This document shows positions 57,807-64,000 of a DNA stretch of 64,000 nucleotides, piece after piece. Each line of letters begins with the position of its first letter. The first letter of the stretch is position 1. Location: positions 524,451-588,450 of the forward strand of contig JAHPZH010000003.1 in the NCBI GenBank assembly GCA_019058315.1, read 5' to 3'. A program made the position numbers and the translations under genes. Under the pieces are notes generated by a model that saw nothing but the letters and a program-made list of their open reading frames with translations, was not told the origin of the DNA and searched no databases. The DNA is from Candidatus Helarchaeota archaeon. Lineage in GTDB: Archaea > Asgardarchaeota > Lokiarchaeia > Helarchaeales > RDOG01.

Positions 57807-59067
57807 AAATTATGACTGTTGCTACACCGATACCGATGATAGTAAGCATGAATGGGTTGTTAGTTCGGTTTGCAGACCCCATTTCCAACCACAGAATCAG
57901 AGGTGTCGGGTCTGGGGGAGGTGTGACATTCACTGCTAATTTATGGAACCCAAGATATACAGTTCCGTTTTCATCTCCAGCGGCAAAGTATAGACCGTCA
58001 TCCGAAATTGCGACTGTGTTTATAGGTGTGGTCGCTGTATAATTCCACAAAACTTCATTATCGGAGGTATATGTGATGTTGTTAGCGTCATCTCCAGAAA
58101 TTATGTAACGAGCATTTCCAGAAATCTTTGCTGATTGGACAACTCCAGTATCGTAGTGCCACAGGTACGACCCGTAGCCATACACACGAGTTATATTATT
58201 GGTATTTCCAACAATTGTGTATATACCATAACCACCCGATGTGTCCACACAAGTTATCAATCCACCAGTATCGTAGCCCCACCAGTAATTACCAGGAGGT
58301 ATTGCCGTTAGGTCATAGGCATAAAGTATGCTACTACTGCTACTACCAGCAATTGCGAACATACCACTTTCCGCTATGGCTACAGAAGTAATTCCAACAG
58401 TATCATTATGGTCAATATACATTCCCCCACCCATACTTGTAAAGATGGTGAAATTATTATCATCGCCAGCTACAAAAGAAATACCAGTCGCTGACATTGC
58501 TACATCTCGCACACTTGAACCAGTTGAATAGTTCCACATGTAGTTTAAGATACCACCAACACTATTGAACAGTATGACTAGACCACCAAGGGTTCCAGCT
58601 ACGAAATAACCTCCATCGTTTGAAATTGCTACGGATGTAACATTTGTTCCAGTATCATAAGATCCTAAAAGTGTTCCATTACTGGCAAGTAGAGTTACAT
58701 TATCACCAGTATCTCCCGACACTATATATTGTCCATCTGAGGAGATTGCAACATCATTGACAATACCACCGCATGTATAGTTCCACAGATAACCATGACT
58801 GCTATTAAAGCAAGTAACGTTTTGATTTTGATCGCCTGAAACTATGTGGACTCCATCTGCGGACATATCCACCTTATTTATAGAGTCGCCTCTATAATCA
58901 GTCCACAATAAAGAGATATTCGCTGCCGAAATACCGATTTCGGGGTTGTTATGCTGTATCGAAGTACCCGATAACATATTTGTGTTCGATGTGGATATGA
59001 CACTTGCAAGGATCAACGAACCTATAAACAATTGAGAGCATATTAGAACAAATATCTTCTTTTTCAT
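57772..59067 (-). CDS. Secreted, C-terminally anchored WD40/PQQ-like beta-propeller protein
   Basis: Signal peptide; repeats LWNY.TG..V..VAIS.DG.Y.VAG; Pro-rich linker + TM + basic tail. Confidence 0.88.
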   Translation of the reverse strand: MKKKIFVLICSQLFIGSLILASVISTSNTNMLSGTSIQHNNPEIGISAANISLLWTDYRGDSINKVDMSADGVHIVSGDQNQNVTCFNSSHGYLWNYTCGGIVNDVAISSDGQYIVSGDTGDNVTLLASNGTLLGSYDTGTNVTSVAISNDGGYFVAGTLGGLVILFNSVGGILNYMWNYSTGSSVRDVAMSATGISFVAGDDNNFTIFTSMGGGMYIDHNDTVGITSVAIAESGMFAIAGSSSSSILYAYDLTAIPPGNYWWGYDTGGLITCVDTSGGYGIYTIVGNTNNITRVYGYGSYLWHYDTGVVQSAKISGNARYIISGDDANNITYTSDNEVLWNYTATTPINTVAISDDGLYFAAGDENGTVYLGFHKLAVNVTPPPDPTPLILWLEMGSANRTNNPFMLTIIGIGVATVIIYVNIRKGDEDR

Positions 59068-60371
59068 TTTCCTTTCCTCACGTCTTTAGTGGTTTTGACC
59101 GATTGTTTTATTTCAAAAATGTAACTTAGACCGTATATTAAAATGAAAACTGCAAGTGGAAGGAATCCAGCGATGTAGAGATAATCGTATAATGTTTCCG
59201 TTCTCAACCCTTGAAAGAATGTCATGTAATTACTGGTCACACTTGCTACCCAGCTCTCAAAGAAATAGGTTTGCGAAACACGTATTCCGATAGTCAAATC
59301 AACGATTTTGGCATCCACATACATATATGCAAATAAGAATGCCATGATTCCCCATTCTACCATTAAAGCCCCAGATATTCGGGTAATCTTGTTAAACCTA
59401 TTAGTATTTTTTGTAGTAAATGACTTAAAACCGTAAATCACTGATATTGCAGCAATCAACAAAGTAGCCACCGCTAATGCAATGTATGGCAGAATCAAGC
59501 GAGTATTGTAAATGAAACTACCTAATGGACCCATTGCAAACCCTTCGAGACTCCAATAATATTTATTATACAAGTAGTTTTTTTCCAAATAATGTCCCGT
59601 AAGTAGTAATGCCACTACAAAGGATAATATGACGGACATTATTGAAAATATTTTATTACCATTGTTTCTTTGTATAAATCCCCCCGATAGAACAACTAAT
59701 CCAATGCCCATTAGTCCATAAAGTGCGATATATTGAATATAGCTCGATAATATTCGGGGTGCGAAATTTTCTACAGCAACTAAGAAGATCATGGGGACAG
59801 AAAATAGTAAACTTCCTATAGTCCCTAAAAGTAGTTTATAATTTTTTTGTTTGGATAATTGTAATTCGCTTGTACTGGACGTTTGTGACGTTAATTCTGG
59901 TCTGTTTTTCGATAGTATTTGTATCAGTGAAAGTATTATTCCGATTGCCAATGTGGTTGTTAAGGAAATGATAAGGTCGGAAATTTGGACCTTGAAAAGT
60001 CCGAGAAAAAGGACGTCATTTACAGGTCTTGTAGCTACGTAGTCGATAATAAATAATAATATGTATAACTCGACTCCTCCGATGATTCTGTCCCAATTGA
60101 TATTAGTTACCTCCAATTTGAGATCCACTACATATAAAAAAATCCAATTGTTTGTTATTTGGCTAATCCTTAACACAGGTTCGAAAATGTAAATATAAGC
60201 CATTATAAATCCAATGATACCAGTTATTGTTAAACAGATACCTGTCATTCCTAAAATTTTCTTTATTTCTGAAGCTTTGCGCCTCTTGTACTCTTGAAAT
60301 CTGTCTTCTTGTATTTTCCCTATTTTTGTTTCTTCTAATTGTTTTTTTTCTGATATTAACATATCAATCAA
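59064..60371 (-). CDS. Hypothetical multi-pass membrane protein
   Basis: About 9-10 hydrophobic segments; ATGA overlap with the propeller gene. Confidence 0.8.
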   Translation of the reverse strand: MIDMLISEKKQLEETKIGKIQEDRFQEYKRRKASEIKKILGMTGICLTITGIIGFIMAYIYIFEPVLRISQITNNWIFLYVVDLKLEVTNINWDRIIGGVELYILLFIIDYVATRPVNDVLFLGLFKVQISDLIISLTTTLAIGIILSLIQILSKNRPELTSQTSSTSELQLSKQKNYKLLLGTIGSLLFSVPMIFLVAVENFAPRILSSYIQYIALYGLMGIGLVVLSGGFIQRNNGNKIFSIMSVILSFVVALLLTGHYLEKNYLYNKYYWSLEGFAMGPLGSFIYNTRLILPYIALAVATLLIAAISVIYGFKSFTTKNTNRFNKITRISGALMVEWGIMAFLFAYMYVDAKIVDLTIGIRVSQTYFFESWVASVTSNYMTFFQGLRTETLYDYLYIAGFLPLAVFILIYGLSYIFEIKQSVKTTKDVRKGK

Positions 60372-60787
60372 CCTTTTTTTTGGTTAACTTAGTAAAATCT
60401 AAAGTGTGGATCAATCATTTATAAAGGGAACATGAACAAGTATGCAGTCTAAAAATTGAGTTATCCATGTAAAAAAATGAATATAAGACAAGTATGGATT
60501 AACTTTTTAATGTCGATTTTTTACCCGCTATAAAAATGAATAATATTCAATTTGAAAAAAGATTGGAGATTTTTGTCGATTTTTTTTCACAATTGTTTAA
60601 ATATGACTATTAGCGTCCTTTTACCCTATGTATTTAGAATTAGCCACCATTGAAAATTTTTTATTAAAATAATTGCAGTTCAATCCAAATTTATATTTTA
60701 TTTTTTATTTTCTACCACATTCACAAGTTAAGAGTAAAGGAGACCTATTATGTGGAAGATCATATTTTACCCCTATCAATTAACGTT

Positions 60788-61615
60788 TCACGAAGCTAGA
60801 AGATTTTCCAATCCTTTCTTTCTAATTTCCCTTGGTGAAGGAACAGATAATTTTATTTTGAGTTTTGTGAAGAGTTTATTGATTTGCATAGAGTGAAATC
60901 CATCCTTTAATTTTTGATACTTCTTTTCGCTATAATGGTCGTGTTTACGCAGATAACTAAACAAATCCACTATTTGGAATTTCTTGTATTGTTTTTGATA
61001 AGTTAGGGTGAAATTTTCCCATAAAATTAATTTCTTTTTTTCGATTCTTTCAAATTCTTTTTTCACCAATTCAAGGAAATAATACCATTTGAGAGCGGCA
61101 ACGTAATTATCTTCTAGTAACGCATAGACGAATTTATAATAATTTGGTAATTTCATCTGAGTAGACGAATAATCAGGAATGTGTGAAAAGACAGTGGAGC
61201 TGGGGCAGCGTTTATCGCCAGTTACGGGGGGAAGCACTCCTTGTGGGTTTAATATTATGGGATAGGATCTACAAGTTAAGGGGCGTTGCTTATAAATTAT
61301 ACATTTGTCTGAAATATAAAATGGGCAATCATCACAAACTAGAATATATGTTACGGTAAAAATTGCTTTGAATTTTTTACTAAAATACCCCAGAAGCGGA
61401 AAAAACCTTATTTTTATAGAATGTTTTTTGGCAAGTTTAATAATATCCTCTCGTTCTAAAGCATTTACCATTAAACCTCGATCATGGACGGGATACTTGA
61501 CTGCTGAGGAATCTGCGTTAACCATGGGTGCTGGGAGGGGCAGATGAATGTTTTTTTTACTAATATCTTTACAGCACTTACCACAATGAGAACAGGAAAA
61601 TGGTTTTATAGTCAA
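60788..61615 (-). CDS. YkgJ-family (CxxCxxCC) cysteine-cluster protein
   Basis: FSCSHCGKCC, CPFY..DKCIIYKQRPLTCRSYP, RCP. Confidence 0.9.
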   Translation of the reverse strand: MTIKPFSCSHCGKCCKDISKKNIHLPLPAPMVNADSSAVKYPVHDRGLMVNALEREDIIKLAKKHSIKIRFFPLLGYFSKKFKAIFTVTYILVCDDCPFYISDKCIIYKQRPLTCRSYPIILNPQGVLPPVTGDKRCPSSTVFSHIPDYSSTQMKLPNYYKFVYALLEDNYVAALKWYYFLELVKKEFERIEKKKLILWENFTLTYQKQYKKFQIVDLFSYLRKHDHYSEKKYQKLKDGFHSMQINKLFTKLKIKLSVPSPREIRKKGLENLLAS

Positions 61616-61724
61616 TTAATTTTCCTCACTGGTTAAGATTTTTAATTCTTCCTCGAATTATTTTCTTATTTAATCTATTTCATTAATTCAATCATGAATT
61701 AAATCTTTTGTTGTTATTAAAATT

Positions 61725-61886
61725 TTATTTAATTTTAACAACTTCTGGCAACACTTTATATGTTAATCCGCACGAACACTTGAATGTATTACTATGATTC
61801 GTGCCGTATTGCTTGGAAACTCTACCACATGGACACGTTAATACCAGACTGTAATCAAAATAAAAGTATTCGATTTTATATGTCAT
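61725..61886 (-). CDS. Small Cys-rich (Zn-binding) protein; start revised to ATG 61886
   Basis: LTCPCG...FKCSCG in 53 aa; the longer ORF-track start runs through a hairpin region. Confidence 0.5.
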   Translation of the reverse strand: MTYKIEYFYFDYSLVLTCPCGRVSKQYGTNHSNTFKCSCGLTYKVLPEVVKIK

Positions 61887-61954
61887 AAGGGAATGATTTT
61901 CGTTAAATTTAAAAAATTTTAAAGACCGAATGAAAAATGAAAATCCTCTTAGGT

Positions 61955-62025
61955 GAACCTTACCCCCTCTCCAAGAAGGGTTTAAGCAATACAAGGGGGT
62001 TATTACTTAAGAAGGGGCAAGGTTC
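61955..62025 (-). ncRNA. Candidate structured RNA / cis-regulatory element (nested stems)
   Basis: Minus strand: GAACCUUGCCCCUUC pairs with GAGGGGGUAAGGUUC, enclosing hairpin UUAAGUAAUA-9nt-UAUUGCUUAA; all mismatches are G.U wobbles on the minus strand only. Confidence 0.45.
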
Positions 62026-62159
62026 TTTGATATGGTCTTAAAATTACATAATATTCTTTTAATGAAATAAATTAAGGGGGGTCAATTTTGTGCGAAGTTA
62101 TAAAATTAAATAAATATAAAATTAAAAAACGTTGATCTTCACCCTCATTATTCAATTAT

Positions 62160-63020
62160 TTAGGGTATTGAATCTAATATAGCAATTCCTATTCTTGTAG
62201 TTATTGTTTTTCCAACAAATCTCTTAAAAAAATCAATCATCTTTTTTCCAGACAATTCTTTTTTAATATATTCATTAAACTTCTCTCTCGTCCAACCAAT
62301 TTCCTTTAAAAATTGAAAGTAGAAATCTAGAGAATTAAGGAACTTCATGTAATTCGATTTTTCAAAGTAATTTTCCCAGTATTCAATAAGACCTGATGTT
62401 ATTTCCGCTTTATTTTCAATAATAAATTTATGAAGTCGAGTTTCAATTCCAAGTTTGGAAAATAATTTCTTTATGAATTCACCTTCATTTTCTATTGGGA
62501 GACCTAAATGCTTTAAGCTTGTTAAATATTCATTATAATGATTAGAAAAACTTTTAAAATCGGGAATTCTTTCATATTTACTTTTTTCTATTGTTATTAT
62601 GATAAATCTTCCATAGGTCTTTTTTACTCGGACCATCTCTTTTAACGCGTCTAGTGGTCGTTCTATAAAATCCAGCAACCCAAATGATGTTATTACATCA
62701 AATTCGTTATCTTGAAATTGGATATTAAAGACATCCCCATATTGTAAATGAATATGTTCGGGTTTGCCCCAATGTTCTTGACCATATTTTATGAGATTTT
62801 GATCAATATCTATTCCGTAGATCTGGTTGTTTTCCCCATATATTTGGTAAATTAGCCTAGGGACTGTTCCAATCCCACATGCTACGTCCAATATTTTTTC
62901 TGACCTTTTTAAATTCGATACTTTCTTAAAAATATTCTTAAATCCTTGATTATCTATTATATCTCTCCTACCCATCTCGGTTAATTCTATAAAATTCCAA
63001 TTTATTTTCAGAACTGTCAT
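62160..63020 (-). CDS. Class I SAM-dependent methyltransferase
   Basis: ILDVACGIG, GIDID, GDVFNIQFQDNEFDVI, ALKEMVRV. Confidence 0.92.
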   Translation of the reverse strand: MTVLKINWNFIELTEMGRRDIIDNQGFKNIFKKVSNLKRSEKILDVACGIGTVPRLIYQIYGENNQIYGIDIDQNLIKYGQEHWGKPEHIHLQYGDVFNIQFQDNEFDVITSFGLLDFIERPLDALKEMVRVKKTYGRFIIITIEKSKYERIPDFKSFSNHYNEYLTSLKHLGLPIENEGEFIKKLFSKLGIETRLHKFIIENKAEITSGLIEYWENYFEKSNYMKFLNSLDFYFQFLKEIGWTREKFNEYIKKELSGKKMIDFFKRFVGKTITTRIGIAILDSIP

Positions 63021-63244
63021 CTCCCTACTGGTTCAAGTTCTATGTGAATTTCTCCTTTTTCGTAATTAATTCAGGCAACTCTTTTTTTTAATGAACATAA
63101 TATAAATTAGACTCTACAATCTAATATATCTTTTAACCATTCTAACTGTTCTCGGTTATTTACCCCTTTCAAAGAAAGAATAGATATTAGATCTTTCTCT
63201 TCAGGCTGTAAGTCATTTTTTTTGATATTTTTCATTCCATTCAT
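63017..63244 (-). pseudogene. Small ORF interrupted by two in-frame stops (TAA, TGA)
   Basis: GAGGTG upstream; MNGMKN...LDCRV*FILCSLKKRVA*INYEKGEIHIELEPVGR*; the final TGA overlaps the methyltransferase ATG (ATGA). Confidence 0.5.
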
Positions 63245-63265
63245 TCTATTCAACACCTCGTTTCT

Positions 63266-63388
63266 TTAATAGGAATCATGTTTGCGGGGTCTGATCCACA
63301 AGACACACACAATAAATATAGGAGGCTATGCGAACAAGATGATAATAATAATGAGGATAACAGACCTTTCCGCCCATAATTTTCCCAT
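63266..63388 (-). pseudogene. Small membrane-peptide ORF interrupted by TAG
   Basis: MGKLWAERSVILIIIIILFA*PPIFIVCVLWIRPRKHDSY*. Confidence 0.35.
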
Positions 63389-63535
63389 TTTATTGATCTT
63401 TATTGATTTTAACATATTTTTTAATAAAAAAAGAATGTAAATTAGAGTATTCTATATTCATCTTTGAAGCTCCACGTAATGCCAAGCAATTTGCAATCCT
63501 TGAAAGGCGAATTTTTTCAAATTCATCCATTCATA

Positions 63536-64000
63536 TCACCTCGGTTTTCTACCTGTAACACAGAATATTTGAAAATAATCAAATCTATCCTCTTTTTGTA
63601 AGAAATTAAACCATATCTCCCTATCTTGGTTAAATTTATCTAAACCTCCGAATATTTTATCTGCAATTGGTTCTATTTGTTGGTACATCAATGTCCAATA
63701 TTCAATTTCTTGTTGTGTTGCTGGACCTTTGCTTATGAAATTATCTATATGGACTTGAATATTCACTAATCCCAATTTAGAAAGTCTACTGTATAGCTCT
63801 CGGCCCATATGAATGTTACTTGGTTGGTTATTTTGAAGAATTTCAAGGTGATTTTTCAACTCTTTATTTAAAGGATAAATATTTGACATAAACCCATCGG
63901 AGGAAATAATTGCAATTAGACCTCCCGGTCTCGTTACTCTGAGCATCTCTTTCAATACTTTTTGTGGTCTAGGCACAGACATTAACAAATTTCTAGCAAA
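63536..64000 (-). CDS. SAM-dependent methyltransferase, C-terminal part (5' end outside the window)
   Basis: LMSVPRPQKVLKEMLRVTRPGG; HMGRELYSRLSKLGL; frame open to the window edge. Confidence 0.8.
   Translation of the reverse strand, partial: FARNLLMSVPRPQKVLKEMLRVTRPGGLIAIISSDGFMSNIYPLNKELKNHLEILQNNQPSNIHMGRELYSRLSKLGLVNIQVHIDNFISKGPATQQEIEYWTLMYQQIEPIADKIFGGLDKFNQDREIWFNFLQKEDRFDYFQIFCVTGRKPR

Noticed and set aside
62074-62105. GGGGGGTCAATTTT resembling an IS terminal repeat
   Set aside because: No partner inverted repeat or transposase found in the window
63017-63388. Selenocysteine/pyrrolysine recoding
   Set aside because: Stops are of three kinds including TAA, with no redox-motif context
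1-64000. tRNA, rRNA, integrase or transposase genes
   Set aside because: No cloverleaf-like or rRNA-like GC-rich tract and no recombinase motifs seen; intergenic gaps are short and AT-rich (tRNAscan/Infernal not run)

Overview
AT-rich, gene-dense archaeal chromosomal segment, most likely from an Asgard archaeon (Loki-/Helarchaeia-like). This is inferred from an archaeal TFB, four Rab-like small GTPases (three fused to N-terminal Roadblock domains), six longin-like domains, several acyl-CoA ligases and a form III Rubisco. I found no rRNA, tRNA, CRISPR array or transposase. Main blocks: (1) 2.2-7.8 kb, two Roadblock-GTPase fusions plus three longin / helical (TPR/MIT-like) / winged-helix paralogs, reminiscent of Rag/GATOR1 parts. 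(2) 9.3-21.8 kb, acyl-CoA metabolism: a catalytically degenerate HMGS-DUF35 fusion with a thiolase, two fatty-acid-CoA ligases, an Fe-S/CCG protein and a recent tandem duplication of an FAD oxidoreductase whose differences cluster in one patch. (3) 21.9-28.7 kb, a co-oriented run: dehydrogenase, FGGY kinase, class II aldolase, an acyl-CoA ligase with an SCP2-like insertion, and an N-myristoyltransferase-like tandem GNAT. (4) 44.4-48.0 kb, a tightly coupled operon of a GH172/DUF2961 glycosidase, form III Rubisco and a ribulokinase-like FGGY kinase, a candidate new sugar-to-RuBP route. (5) A receptor-like surface protein with a cytoplasmic longin domain and a Zn-ribbon/Rab/longin operon. (6) korAB, an MFS transporter, and at the right end a structured-RNA candidate and decayed small ORFs. 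All family assignments are from motif recognition by eye; no searches were run.
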